The position numbers and the translations under genes were made by a program. A stretch of 64,000 nucleotides of DNA from an uncultured delta proteobacterium (GTDB lineage: Bacteria; Desulfobacterota; Desulfomonilia; Desulfomonilales; Desulfomonilaceae): contig CAWBKB010000001.1 of NCBI GenBank assembly GCA_963789265.1, positions 576,001 through 640,000 of the forward strand. The letters run 5' to 3'. Every line of letters begins with the position of its first letter. Position 1 is the first letter of the stretch. The notes under the pieces are model-generated. The model had not been told where the DNA came from. It did no database searches and was given only the letters and a program-made list of their open reading frames with translations. Of this stretch, positions 19,360-30,088 are shown piece after piece.

Positions 19360-20182
19360 ATGAGACTGGAAGGAAAAGTAGCTCTCATAACAGGTGGGGG
19401 GACGGGCATAGGAGCCGCCATCGTCAGGCGATTCGTCAACGATGGGGCGAAGGTCTGCATCACCGGGCGGCGTCAGGCGATGTTGGACAAGGTGGCTCAA
19501 TCCCTTCCGCAGGATAGAGTTTCGACATGTTCAGGAGATGTCTCCGACTACAAGGACATCGAAAGGATGGTGGACACGGCGCTGAAATTTGGCGGGAAAC
19601 TCGATGTGGTGGTGAACAATGCCGGAATCGATCCGGGCGGCACGGTCGTAGATCTTGACGAAGAGGTTCTGGAGAAAGGTGATCGACATCAATCTGACCG
19701 GCCCTTTCCTGATGATGAAGGCTTCCTTGCCGCACATGATCGAAAACGGCGGCGGCTCTATCATCAACATTTCTTCCCTGGGCGGATTACGGTGCCTACC
19801 GGGCATGCCGGCCTATTGCACATCAAAAGCCGCACTTATCATGCTGACCAAGCAGGCCGCATTGGATTACGGTCGTTTCAAGGTCCGATGCAATGCCGTT
19901 TGCCCGGGAGCGACCCGCACGGATATGCTGGAGGAAGCACTCACTCCGCTTGCGAAATCGCTCAAGACCGGTGTGGACGACATATTTGCCCGAATCTCTT
20001 CAAGTGTGCCCCTTCGCCGGGTCGCGGCGCCCGACGAAGTTACGGGTCTTTGCAGTTTCCTGGCAAGCGATGACTCACTGTTCATGACCGGGTCCGCGCT
20101 TCTCCTGGACGGCGGTGCCGCAATTGTAGATGTATCCGGAGCGGCGCTGAGCAGTGCGGGTGTCAATTGGGGAGTAGTTTAG
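19360..20182 (+). CDS. SDR family oxidoreductase (frameshift near 19665)
   Basis: TGGGTGIG and NNAG in first frame; YCTSK and NAVCPG in second frame. Confidence 0.85.
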
Positions 20183-20355
20183 TGGAGTCAGAGTCCACGG
20201 AATAACTGTGAACTTCGCGGCCTTTGCCGAAGTCCATCATCAGCGACGGGCTTGGAGGCAAAAAGCATCTTTGCGCGAACACCATATGCCCTAGCGCGAG
20301 TTCGCAGACGAACCTCGCAACAACAGAGACTCCGAGATCAAGAAAGGATTCCGTT

Positions 20356-21238
20356 ATGGCACTGAATTACAAGGTCTTTCAGCACAGCTATATCGGGTTT
20401 AACGGGACCTCCACTCTATTTTACGGAGAGCATGATGCGATTCTGATCGACGCGTGTTTCACCTTGAGTGATGCGCACAGGCTCGCAGCCGGGTTACTGG
20501 AAATGAGAAAGAACATCACACATATTTACATTTCCCATTTCCATCCGGACCACCATTTCGGGTTGGTCGTTCTGCAGTTCGCTTTCCCGACTGCAAAAAT
20601 CGTGGCACTCCCCAGTGTGGTCAAGGACATTATTTTCACTTCCGATGAGAAGATCCATCTCTGGGGGGATATGTACGGAAAGGATGTCCCCGATAAAGTC
20701 GTGTTCCCCTCTCCGCTCTGGAGTGACAAGCTCAATGTCGAAGGCTACGACATAGAGTTTTCGGATGATTGGGACGGGGACAGTGCGAACAACACCATGA
20801 TATGGTGCCCTTCGCTTCGAGTGGCGTGCGGCACGGATATCGTGTACAACGATGCCCACGTCTGGACGGCTGAGAGCGATCTTGCCCGTCGCAACAAATG
20901 GCGGGCGTGTCTCCGAAAGCTGAGAGAGATGAACCCCAGGGTTGTGATTCCGGGCCATTGCTCTACCGAGAAACTCCACCTTGAAGACGCTTCCGGCATT
21001 GACTTCACGCTCAAGTACTTGGATGTGTACCGATGAAGTGTCGTCGAAAGCAAAAACCGGGGACGAACTGGTAGACATGATGGAGAAGCACTTTCCAGGG
21101 ATGAAGGCCATCGATTTCGGCCTCCATTGGCAGGCTCGGTTGCTGTTTCCCAACAGTTGCTCCGACAGGCTTACCAAGCTTCCGGGGATCTTCCACGCGC
21201 CCGGTGGCGAGTACCAGGGAGAAGCTGCCCGATCATAG
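20356..21238 (+). CDS. MBL-fold metallo-hydrolase (frameshift near 21030)
   Basis: HFHPDHH, IPGH; reading continues in another frame as DEVSSKAKTGDELV. Confidence 0.82.
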
Positions 21239-21560
21239 CAAGGATCTCGTCGGTGCCCGTCAATATTTAGGGCGGGTTCGGCGAGGAGAATCCGAGAATA
21301 TGCGATCGCTCTGTCAGCGTCCCTTGCACAAGTCGAGATTACCCATTGCGTGTCGCTCGAAGGCGGGGAATTGGACCGCGTGCAAACTCGATGTTTGGCG
21401 GTGGTTTGACATACCGGCTGATACCAAATCGCGGTCAAAGTTAAAATGAAATCCCCTCTAACCCCCTTTAATAAAGGAGGGCAGGGGGGCACAGGCGTTA
21501 AAATAAGCTTCAAGTCCTCTTCGTCCCGAAGGGACGTCCTGATAATAGCCCGGCGATTTA

Positions 21561-23236
21561 GAGAGTGTCTCAAAACGGTTGTAGTGGCACGATGACGACT
21601 CTCGGGGTGGTAGGGTGCGGTTAATCTCGCACCTTGGCCTCCCTTGTCTCCGACGAGCCGGGGCCGGCTATGAGTATGCCTCAGGCAGCCATGAGTCACT
21701 CTCCGTCCTGATGTCTTAGGCCGCGGTTAGCACCAGACGCCCCGTCAGCCAATGGCTGTAGAGCTTCTTGAGATTCAAGGTGGCGCACATCAAAGACCAT
21801 TGAGCCCTCGCATTGGATAATCCGGACACGGTCCACCGTCTAAAGTCCAAGTGGCTCTTTATCCATGCAAAGACCGGCTCAATGATCACCTTGCGGGCTC
21901 GGAGTAGCGTCTTGCTTTCCGGGACCTCCCGTTTCTTGCGGTGGCGCTCAACTGCGTCACGATAGATGTTAATGTCTATGAGACGGCCATTCTTGCTCTT
22001 GCTGCACTTCCACCGTTCAGGACACGTCAAGTAGTCCCGGCATCGATACCGCCGGATCTCGTTTCCGTTTTTTCCTGTGACTTTCTTCTGAAGAAAGTTC
22101 AGCGATGCGCCTTGCGGACAAATACAGACGTCTCGCTCTTGGTCGTAGACGAACTGGGAAGCGTGATAAGGGTCCCATTGAGCGCCTTTTTCCGCAGCGG
22201 ACTCTCCCGACGACTTGGCGACCAAGACCTCGTACTCCTTCTCTTCGGCCAACGCGATTTGAGCCGATGCGAAGTATCCTGCGTCCGCCACGGTTTCCTC
22301 TGCGGTTGCGCCCAAATTTTCCTGAACTCGATCCAGCATGGGAACAAGCTGCCCATTGTCATTGCCTTCGTCGACCACTTCCTCAGCCACAATCATGCCG
22401 CTTTGTTGGTCTGCCACCGCTTGAGCATTGTAAGAGGGCTCAGTAGACCGCCGGTTCTTCATGTACCGGGCATCCGGCTCGCAGGGATGGACGACCTTCT
22501 TGTCAGTCTTATCCAATTCCTGCAAGGCCTTCTGTATCCGCTCCTTGCGTTTCAACTCGTCCTGCAGGGCTTCGGGAAGACGCCATTCGCCACCCTCCTC
22601 TTGCTCGCACCTCTCTGTCTCCGTCATGACGTCGGCAACGCACTTGTCCAAATTCTCAAGCATCCGCTCCAACTGATCTTGGTTCTTGAACTTCTCCCGA
22701 GATGATCCGACAGGGATCTTGGTTCCATCCAATGCATGAACCGCCATACCTATCAACTCGGCTTTGACTGCCACTTGAACCGATTGTTTGAATATTCCCT
22801 TGAAAACCTTCTTGTTGTCCCTCCAGAATCGCCACAGGGTATTATGATCCGCTGCATTCATACCCGTCAGCCAAATCAATCCCATGTTCTCCATGCATGC
22901 CTTCTCAAGCTTGCGCGATGACCTGATTCTGCTGAAATAGCCGTAGAGCCATGCCTTCAACAAAAGATCGGTACTATAGGGAGGACGGCCCGTTTCGCCA
23001 TTCGGAACTCGAAAACCCAGCACCTCCAAATCCAAGGAATCCACAAAGTCTCCTATGAAGCGCGCTGGATGATCAGGCCCTATCCAGTCATCTATAGCGG
23101 GCGGAAGCAGAAACACCTGCTTGTAGTCGGCTCTGATTTGCGGCATAATCCTTTCCCTCTCCGATTCTCTTTTCACATCTCATTAGTAGAATCGGTTGAG
23201 AATCGCGAGCCCAAAATCGACTTTTGAGACAGTTTC
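21561..23236 (-). mobile_element. IS1182-family insertion sequence, apparently intact
   Basis: TIRs GAGAGTGTCTCAAAA / TTTTGAGACAGTTTC (13/15), TTTA duplication at 21557-21560 and 23237-23240. Confidence 0.93.
21716..23146 (-). CDS. IS1182-family DDE transposase
   Basis: GRPPY, SSRKLE, DHNTLWRF, LDGTKI, YNAQ, ADAGY, EPVFAWIK. Confidence 0.93.
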   Translation of the reverse strand: MPQIRADYKQVFLLPPAIDDWIGPDHPARFIGDFVDSLDLEVLGFRVPNGETGRPPYSTDLLLKAWLYGYFSRIRSSRKLEKACMENMGLIWLTGMNAADHNTLWRFWRDNKKVFKGIFKQSVQVAVKAELIGMAVHALDGTKIPVGSSREKFKNQDQLERMLENLDKCVADVMTETERCEQEEGGEWRLPEALQDELKRKERIQKALQELDKTDKKVVHPCEPDARYMKNRRSTEPSYNAQAVADQQSGMIVAEEVVDEGNDNGQLVPMLDRVQENLGATAEETVADAGYFASAQIALAEEKEYEVLVAKSSGESAAEKGAQWDPYHASQFVYDQERDVCICPQGASLNFLQKKVTGKNGNEIRRYRCRDYLTCPERWKCSKSKNGRLIDINIYRDAVERHRKKREVPESKTLLRARKVIIEPVFAWIKSHLDFRRWTVSGLSNARAQWSLMCATLNLKKLYSHWLTGRLVLTAA

Positions 23237-23365
23237 TTTAGTGCCGGGCTACAATCTCGCCCCCCTGTGGGGCTCATAAAGTTGCATGGGTTGCCTCATC
23301 TCGTCTGAACCATTCTGAAACCGGGGCAGCTCAACTGATAATCTGATTTAGTATTAATCATTCGG

Positions 23366-23564
23366 CCAATCATTCACTTACGAGCGGCAAAGGATTGTTA
23401 TTGCGAGCGAAGCGAAGCAATCTCTTCCTTAAAACGCCACTTAGATTGCCAGTGGGACGGGCATCCTGCCCGTCGTCCATAATAGACAGGCAGGATGCCT
23501 GTCCCACTATTTGCTCCTCGCAATGACGAGGTGCAGAAGATCCCCCGCATAAGTGAATGGTTTC
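23366..23564. mobile_element. MITE, GTAACCATTCAC class
   Basis: Degenerate TIRs, flanking duplication TCATTCGG, internal REP arms. Confidence 0.8.
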
Positions 23565-23673
23565 TCATTCGGCCAAATTATCCTTGACACGGTCGCGAAG
23601 GTCGATGAATAATCACAGGCAGGAAGCGACAGGACTTGAAATAATAAGTTCGAGAATATCGCAGTGTTAGGCA

Positions 23674-24426
23674 ATGCCATCTATTTATGACATTTACGAA
23701 AGAAAGAATTACCGCAACAGGATACCTTTGGCCCAGTCCGTGAGTTTTGAGGTGGAGGTGCGTGAAACAAACCTTCACATCCAGACCCACAGCGATTTGA
23801 ATGCAAAGGCAAAAGACTCGGTTTTCCGTTACAGGTATCAGATTGAGGAATACTTACGCCAGCATCCGGCCTTTCGCGAGACCCCTGCGCCGATTCAGAT
23901 TTACGCATCGGCTCCCGAAATAGTTCGTTACAGCGATCTTTCGAGCCGACAGACCGGAATTGCCCCCATGTCCTGCATGGGCGGCGCAATAGCAGACTTT
24001 GTGGGTCGGGACCTTGCGGAAGATTCCGCTAATTTTGTTGTTGCCAGCGGTGGCGATGCATTTATCAGAAGTTCCATCCCGCTCGATGTGTACCTTTACG
24101 CCCAGGGTTCCCCTTTGCACGAAAGACTTGTTCTGTCTTTACCCATGTTCAAAAAATGCTTCGGCGTTTCCACCTTCGTGCCGGGCAAGGGGGTCCAATC
24201 GGTGACGGTGGTCTCAAGGTCCGCATGCTGGGCCTGCGCGTTTGCCACAGACATAGGGACGCGAATTGCCAGGGGGGAGAGGCTGTCTTCAGTACTGGAC
24301 AGAGCCGAAAGCTATATCGATGTTGGTGGCATTGTGCTGATTGCCGGAGCTACGATCGTAGTGGGCGGAGACATGGTTTTAAGATCGGCCGATGGGGGCT
24401 GTTCCGGCGCTGCCGATAGAGAATAG
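23674..24426 (+). CDS. UPF0280 / ApbE-like protein, divergent
   Basis: FEVEVRETNL, PM..MGGAIADFVG, SGGD, SVTVVS. Confidence 0.7.
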   Translation: MPSIYDIYERKNYRNRIPLAQSVSFEVEVRETNLHIQTHSDLNAKAKDSVFRYRYQIEEYLRQHPAFRETPAPIQIYASAPEIVRYSDLSSRQTGIAPMSCMGGAIADFVGRDLAEDSANFVVASGGDAFIRSSIPLDVYLYAQGSPLHERLVLSLPMFKKCFGVSTFVPGKGVQSVTVVSRSACWACAFATDIGTRIARGERLSSVLDRAESYIDVGGIVLIAGATIVVGGDMVLRSADGGCSGAADRE

Positions 24427-24427
24427 T

Positions 24428-24934
24428 ATGAAAATCGGAGTGTTATCTGATACCCATCTGAGGTCTCCGAATCCCGGTTTGGAATACATACTTCAAGAGC
24501 TGCTGGCGGATGTGGAAATCATGCTCCACGCAGGGGACATCGTTGGCCGCCAAGTGCTGGACCGGCTCGAGATGAACGGAGTCTTGGCTGTCTGCGGTAA
24601 CATGGACGATCATGAAGTCGCTCGAGCCATTCCACAGGTTAGGACTATTCCAGCAGCAAGAAAACGAATTGCGTTGATCCACGGATGGGGTTCAAGGGAT
24701 GGCCTCGAGCAAAGGATACTAGGGCAGTTTCGGCACGACAAGCCGGATCTGATCGTTTATGGTCACTCTCACGTTCCCTTCTGGGGAGAGGTGGACGGGA
24801 TTCTCATGTTCAACCCCGGCTCGGCGCGCCAAGGTCGGTATATGGAGAGCGGAACAGTCGGGCTGATCGAAATAATAGACGGAAACATTTCTGGAAGAAT
24901 CTTGTCGGTGGATCAGGACAAAGGCTCTCATTGA
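24428..24934 (+). CDS. Metallophosphoesterase (YfcE/MJ0936 family)
   Basis: SDTH, HAGD, GNMD, HG, GHSH, FNPGS. Confidence 0.92.
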   Translation: MKIGVLSDTHLRSPNPGLEYILQELLADVEIMLHAGDIVGRQVLDRLEMNGVLAVCGNMDDHEVARAIPQVRTIPAARKRIALIHGWGSRDGLEQRILGQFRHDKPDLIVYGHSHVPFWGEVDGILMFNPGSARQGRYMESGTVGLIEIIDGNISGRILSVDQDKGSH

Positions 24935-25101
24935 ACGCTTCGCCTCAGCGCGGTGCGTATGATGCAGACGGAGTTAAAGATATCCGGAGACCCAATGTGG
25001 TCTAAAGGCTGATTTTCTGGGCGCGCGGCGGAACGAGCCGCACTTCAGGCTGAAGCACGGTGGAATGATTTCAAGTTATAGCGGATGACATACTGAAAAA
25101 A

Positions 25102-25596
25102 ATGGAGAGAATCTGGGCCCCTTGGCGCATAGACTATGTCGCTGGAGGAAAGAAGGAACCGGGGTGCATCTTCTGCGATAAGCCGGCGTCCCGCGAAGAT
25201 GACACCAATTTGATCGTTCATCGCGCCCGTGGAGTCTTCACCATGATGAACAAATTTCCGTACACCAATGGCCATCTCCTCGTTTCGCCTTACAAGCATG
25301 TCGAAGACATTTGCTTGCTGGAGCCCGAGGAAAACGGTCTGATCGCCCAGGAATTGTGTCGTGCCGTCCAAGTACTAAGGGCGATCATGCGTCCGGAAGG
25401 ATTCAATATTGGAATCAATCTCGGAGTTGTCGCCGGCGCGGGTATTCACGAACACTTGCACTATCATGTGGTTCCCCGCTGGAGCGGTGACACAAATATT
25501 ATGCCTGTACTGGCCGATATCAGGGTCATTCCGGAACACCTCCTGAGCACCTGCTTGAAGCTCAGAGACGGTTTCCATAGCTTGTTCGCCGAATAG
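25102..25596 (+). CDS. HIT family hydrolase (Ap4A phosphorylase-like)
   Basis: WAPWR, CIFC, NKFPYTNGH, HLHYHVVPRW. Confidence 0.92.
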   Translation: MERIWAPWRIDYVAGGKKEPGCIFCDKPASREDDTNLIVHRARGVFTMMNKFPYTNGHLLVSPYKHVEDICLLEPEENGLIAQELCRAVQVLRAIMRPEGFNIGINLGVVAGAGIHEHLHYHVVPRWSGDTNIMPVLADIRVIPEHLLSTCLKLRDGFHSLFAE

Positions 25597-25607
25597 GTGC
25601 GAGAGGT

Positions 25608-26036
25608 GTGCAAATGAAGTTGATCAAGAGGCTCATCGAACTGGCCTTTGTCATATTGATTCTCTCTTTGTTCATGAAGAACAAGGACGTTGAATTACAG
25701 ATCACTTATTTTGGTTTGTCCGCCCCAATCAAGGTGGCTTTTTGGGAGTTGGTAACTATTTGCGTCTCAGTCGGCGTAATAATCGCAGCAGTCGGCGAGT
25801 TTATCACTCAGCGGAAATGGCTGGGGGAACGACGCAGGATGATAAAAACCGACCAAGAGCATCAAGCTGAGGTCGGTCGTCTGAACGCTCGCATACAAGG
25901 CTTGGAATCCGAGAATAAGCGCCTTAAAGGGGAATTGGGAGAAAAGTCCGAACAACTTGCCGCTTCTCAGAAGCAGGAACCAGCCCCAATCGGCGTAGAC
26001 GAGCCGTCTACCGGAGGGGCGGCGCTTGACGCCTAG
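25608..26036 (+). CDS. LapA-domain membrane protein
   Basis: Two TM segments around N-x3-V-x4-YFG, C-terminal coiled coil. Confidence 0.6.
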   Translation: MQMKLIKRLIELAFVILILSLFMKNKDVELQITYFGLSAPIKVAFWELVTICVSVGVIIAAVGEFITQRKWLGERRRMIKTDQEHQAEVGRLNARIQGLESENKRLKGELGEKSEQLAASQKQEPAPIGVDEPSTGGAALDA

Positions 26037-26045
26037 ATACAACGT

Positions 26046-26985
26046 ATGGAAATCATTCGTGTTCGCGAGAAGATCTATCAGAATTTCAATGCCCCGTCAG
26101 TTGCTCTGGGAAACTTCGATGGAGTGCATCTTGGGCATCAGGAGATCATTAGGCGAACTGTTGAAGCGGCACACCGGAAGGGCCTGGAGAGCATAGTATA
26201 CACGTTTGATCCTCACCCGCGTTTAGTCTTGAATACTGCCCCTGAAGTTCCCAGAATAACTACCCCGAGTGAAAGAGCCGACATTCTGGAACACCTGGGA
26301 ATTGACGTCCTAATCCTCGCTGAATTCACAAAAGAATTTGCAGCTCAGTCGGCTGAAGAGTTCGTGGAAAACGTCCTCGTGGAGGAACTCGGGACACGCA
26401 ACTTGTTTATTGGGGAGAACTATCGTTTCGGCAAGGGGCGGACAGGCAATCCTCAGACTCTCAAGAAAATGGCCCCTGAGCTGGGATTCGTCGTTCATGT
26501 CGTACCGCCGGTGAAAGTCGAAGGGGCGGTTGTATCTTCAAGTAGAATTCGAGAGTACCCTGATGCGAGGGGACATACGCCAAGCCAACAGGCTCCTGGG
26601 CCGGGAATTCACCATTGAAGGGCGGGTAATTCACGGTCACCACCGCGGCAAAGCGCTGGGATTTCCAACCGCAAACATAAGACCGGAAGTGAAGCTTCAC
26701 CCTCCCGAAGGAGTGTACGCCGTCTATTGTCGAGTTGGAGAAACCAAGCACCTCGGCGTGATGAATATTGGCTATAATCCCACATTCAGAGACCGACGTG
26801 TGTCGTATGAGGTTCACATCCTTGATTTTGATCGGGACCTTTATGGAGACATCATACGGGTCTATCTGGTGGACCGGTTACGAGCCGAAATGACTTTCAG
26901 CAGAGTAGAAGACTTGAAGGCCCAGATTCATGAAGACGTTATCCGCGGCAGGGAAATACTGACCAACGGACCGCGGATGCCTTAG
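26046..26985 (+). CDS. ribF: Bifunctional riboflavin kinase / FAD synthetase (frameshift near 26558)
   Basis: GNFDGVHLGH, SSSRIR; then GFPTAN, NIGYNPTF, EVHILDF in the next frame. Confidence 0.92.
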
Positions 26986-27036
26986 GTCGTCACAGCAAGT
27001 CTTCAGGGCATTTTCCGCTATTCTATTCAGGAAAAC

Positions 27037-27252
27037 GTGCCAAGCCGGGTCAATGACATGATCCAATCGCCAAAAGAAAATACAGTATTTGGGCTCCCTG
27101 ACGATCTGATAGAGCAGGTGACCGAACTGGCCGACCGACTCGGAGAATCCCCGCGAGACATAGTGATCGCCGCGGTGGAACACTTCACCCGTATCCCCGA
27201 AGAGCGCCGTAAGGCGGTTCTAAAGGCTACTTCACTGAGACGCCGCTCTTAA
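27037..27252 (+). CDS. Small hypothetical protein, possibly ribbon-helix-helix
   Basis: 71-aa ORF, LPDDL...LA..LGES...IV..AV pattern. Confidence 0.45.
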   Translation: MPSRVNDMIQSPKENTVFGLPDDLIEQVTELADRLGESPRDIVIAAVEHFTRIPEERRKAVLKATSLRRRS

Positions 27253-27286
27253 TACGGCACCTGAAAGTTTCGATGGGGTGTTGGTG

Positions 27287-27431
27287 GTAACCATTCACTT
27301 ACGAGGGGGAATTGTCGAACCCCTGTCATTGCGAGGAGTGAAACGACGAAGCAATCTAAGTCCTTAGGGGAAGAGATTGCTTCGCTTCGCTCGCAATGAC
27401 AATCTTTCGACGCACGTAAGTGAATGGATAC
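27287..27431. mobile_element. MITE, GTAACCATTCAC class
   Basis: GTAACCATTCAC / GTGAATGGATAC; flanks TGTTGGTG / TGCTGGTG. Confidence 0.82.
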
Positions 27432-27461
27432 TGCTGGTGGACGGCCACCGCATCAATTATG

Positions 27462-28268
27462 TCAATGCCGCCCTTTCACACTTGGTAAACACCACACTTC
27501 TTTGATTTTGCACAATCTTTCCAGCATCCCTTTGTATTCTTTATTAATAGCCGCTCTTTCCGTCAGGCCGAGAGGCTGGATGATATATCCAAAGGTCCCG
27601 GGAAGTATGACTTGAGGATACATGCTACTGGGACCGGGTTTCCCGCCTATGTCTTTATTTGAAACATTGGGGGCGGTGTACATGACGTGCGGCATGTTGA
27701 AGGTGCCGACTTTGTCGCCTTTATCCGGGTTTTGGTACGTTCTCAGGATCGGGGACAACATGTATGAGATGGAGGTTCGTTCCGGCCCTTTATAGTATCC
27801 TGTTTTGAGACGGTCCTTCATGATTTTCCTCAGCTTGCCGGGAGGCGTACCCTTCGCCTGCATCTCGGCTATGTCGAAGTCGACTCGCATTTCTGCCCTG
27901 GAGCCTGCTTCATCAAAGGAAATAGGGACGAGAACATCATCTCTATATTCTGTGAAAGGCCAGGATCCTCTAAGCGCATCGTCGGCAGTTCGAGCAACCA
28001 GGGTGTGAAATCCATTAGTACCCTTGCGTGCAACTTCAAAGCCTTTGTGAAGGTTTAAAACGTATACTGTTGCATTGTCTCTGAGGTGCGGCGGCAATGC
28101 ACTAAGCGCGAGCTGAATTTCTAAATCGCGCGGTAACGGCTCGACTTTATTCTTCCCATTGAGAGTTTGTTTGTCTTCCGCTCTCCCTGTAAGCGAGAAC
28201 AACACAACGAGAGTGATGACGAGCAATCCTAAGAAAACTTTCACGTGCTTCGCGCTCGAAGGGGCCAT
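27462..28268 (-). CDS. Hypothetical exported protein
   Basis: 268-aa ORF with N-terminal hydrophobic signal; the best RBS lies before an out-of-frame ATG at 28293, so the start may be frameshifted. Confidence 0.7.
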   Translation of the reverse strand: MAPSSAKHVKVFLGLLVITLVVLFSLTGRAEDKQTLNGKNKVEPLPRDLEIQLALSALPPHLRDNATVYVLNLHKGFEVARKGTNGFHTLVARTADDALRGSWPFTEYRDDVLVPISFDEAGSRAEMRVDFDIAEMQAKGTPPGKLRKIMKDRLKTGYYKGPERTSISYMLSPILRTYQNPDKGDKVGTFNMPHVMYTAPNVSNKDIGGKPGPSSMYPQVILPGTFGYIIQPLGLTERAAINKEYKGMLERLCKIKEVWCLPSVKGRH

Positions 28269-28435
28269 TATTAGTTACAGTCCAATTTTCCATGATTAAT
28301 TCCTCCATTCGTGACGAGGGTTGGTGGATCATTCCACCCATCAATTTCTCGTCCATTTTGGGTCAATTCTCCCAATTCGAGGGTCTTCGTCTTCAGGAAC
28401 CATGCTGCAAAATTCCACCGGGTCAATCGCTGGGA

Positions 28436-28813
28436 TTATTCTTCTTCAAGCACGGACAAAATATTACCGGCCGGGTCTTTAAACCAAGCTATCTTCGGCC
28501 CTCCGCTGCGGTGTATGCCTTTTTCGTCCGTCTTGATGCTAGGCCCGTCGTAGATTTCGAACCGCACCCCTCGCTTGACTAGCCCCTGCACGGCTTCGTC
28601 GATATTGTCCACTGGAAAATTCAGAATGGTAAAGGTTGCCGGCGCGTGATTGGGTTTGGGATATATGAGCACGGATGTGCCGCCTGCAAGATGTAGTTTC
28701 AACAGGCCGTGAGATTCCGATATCTCCAGGCCGAGCGTTCCGCCGTAGAAATCCTCCGCCTTTTTTATGTCGTCAACTGAAAAACCGCTGAATGCCTTAC
28801 TCTCTTTTAACAT
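28436..28813 (-). CDS. VOC / glyoxalase family protein
   Basis: [11 protein letters not shown]...[15 protein letters not shown]. Confidence 0.9.
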   Translation of the reverse strand: MLKESKAFSGFSVDDIKKAEDFYGGTLGLEISESHGLLKLHLAGGTSVLIYPKPNHAPATFTILNFPVDNIDEAVQGLVKRGVRFEIYDGPSIKTDEKGIHRSGGPKIAWFKDPAGNILSVLEEE

Positions 28814-29122
28814 TGAACTACTCCTTCTCTTAATTATGGACCGTCAAGCATCATGCACGCCTAAGACGCTTGCCGTCAGGAATCCATCAAATGGTGCCGG
28901 CATTGCTACAATTTATTTTCCCTCGTCAATTCTTCTTTCAAATGCAGTTCTGGTTGCCGCCGGACCGGAGGGCAAGTCTTCTCTTGGCGCATCTGCGGCT
29001 TCATGACACCCGAATGTAGCCCAAAATGAACCAGAATCGAGCTTGACTCCAAGCCCTCCTGAACCACCACAACTCTGCGCTGATTTAGCTCGGTTGTGCT
29101 GGGCAAAGACCGACGTGCATCA

Positions 29123-29665
29123 TCATCGCTTCCTGGTCACGGTCATTTCACTCATTTTCTCTTCCTTGCCTCCTTTGGAGGTGAGGTACATTTCATAGTT
29201 CAGAGTGTCGTCATCCACGATCCTGGTCACGCTGCGCCATACCGTGGGACCTCTGACCGGATCGTTATAGCTGCATACCTGCGTAATGGTTTTGCCATCC
29301 TCGCCGGCAGTTCCCTCAAAATAATAGATAGCGGTACTCATCGAATCGATCCAGGTCGATACGTACTTATGAGCGTGGTTGTCGTATCCGATAAGGTTGA
29401 TGCCGGTGAACGAACTCCCCATCATCTCACCAATGTACTTCTGCTGCAGGTAACGTCCGTCAAAGAGCACTTTTTGCTCACACGTGCCTGTTCCTTCCAT
29501 TGGCGGCTTGTCGGGCTCCATCCATACCCTGGTCCTGGTGGTCCAAGTTCCAACCAGTTTCGCAAGCATCTTGTGGGGTGCGCCGGGGATTCCCAGTTTC
29601 TGGTACACTTCCATCATCGCCTGCATGTCCATCTTGCCTTCTTGCTTCTCTTCTTCGGGCATCAT
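29123..29665 (-). CDS. DUF1579 family protein
   Basis: PGAPHKMLAKLVGTW, GRYL, GYDN...YVSTWIDSMST; AAGGAGG RBS. Confidence 0.82.
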   Translation of the reverse strand: MMPEEEKQEGKMDMQAMMEVYQKLGIPGAPHKMLAKLVGTWTTRTRVWMEPDKPPMEGTGTCEQKVLFDGRYLQQKYIGEMMGSSFTGINLIGYDNHAHKYVSTWIDSMSTAIYYFEGTAGEDGKTITQVCSYNDPVRGPTVWRSVTRIVDDDTLNYEMYLTSKGGKEEKMSEMTVTRKR

Positions 29666-30049
29666 AGACCTCCTTGTCGATCCGTTCACCAGCCCCGCCG
29701 CGGGCTGGGTTATAGTGAACGTGATCCCTCTCACACCGGCCTCTATTTCAGTTTGCCGATGCGGTCGGACCCTGCAAAATTTCTCGACTGCGCTCCATCT
29801 GGAATTAAACGTTGCGCAAAAAAATTATGTGAGAGCTACCAGATCAGAAATTCCTTTCAATAGATAAGTCCACCACTCAAAGTCGGGCACTTATTAGGAG
29901 TGTATACACCTATTTCTCTTTGGCAACAGGACAACGGAATTATCCCAAAATTTCACTGGCTCAGCGTTGCCGACAGATCGGAGATCGAGCAATTGCTGCC
30001 AGGAAGGGGAGCTCGGATGAGGGGATGGACACGCTACGTACTTTTTAGC

Positions 30050-30078
30050 TTGACATTGCAAGACGACCGGTCTACTAT
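30050..30078 (+). promoter_or_regulatory. Sigma70 promoter with overlapping TetR operator
   Basis: TTGACA-17 nt-TACTAT; GACCGGTCTA lies in the spacer and -10 box. Confidence 0.75.
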
Positions 30079-30088
30079 TTAATCTCCG

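Noticed and set aside
21030..21036. TGA at the end of the first MBL ORF as a second selenocysteine
   Set aside because: The protein continues in a different frame after one extra C, so it is a frameshift, and the context is not a Cys position.
20494..21699. 401-aa minus-strand ORF
   Set aside because: Antisense shadow of the MBL gene that runs through repeats and the IS end; no motifs.
26046..26985. ribF and other split genes as pseudogenes or programmed frameshifts
   Set aside because: No slippery sequences or further decay; the pattern fits sequencing indels.
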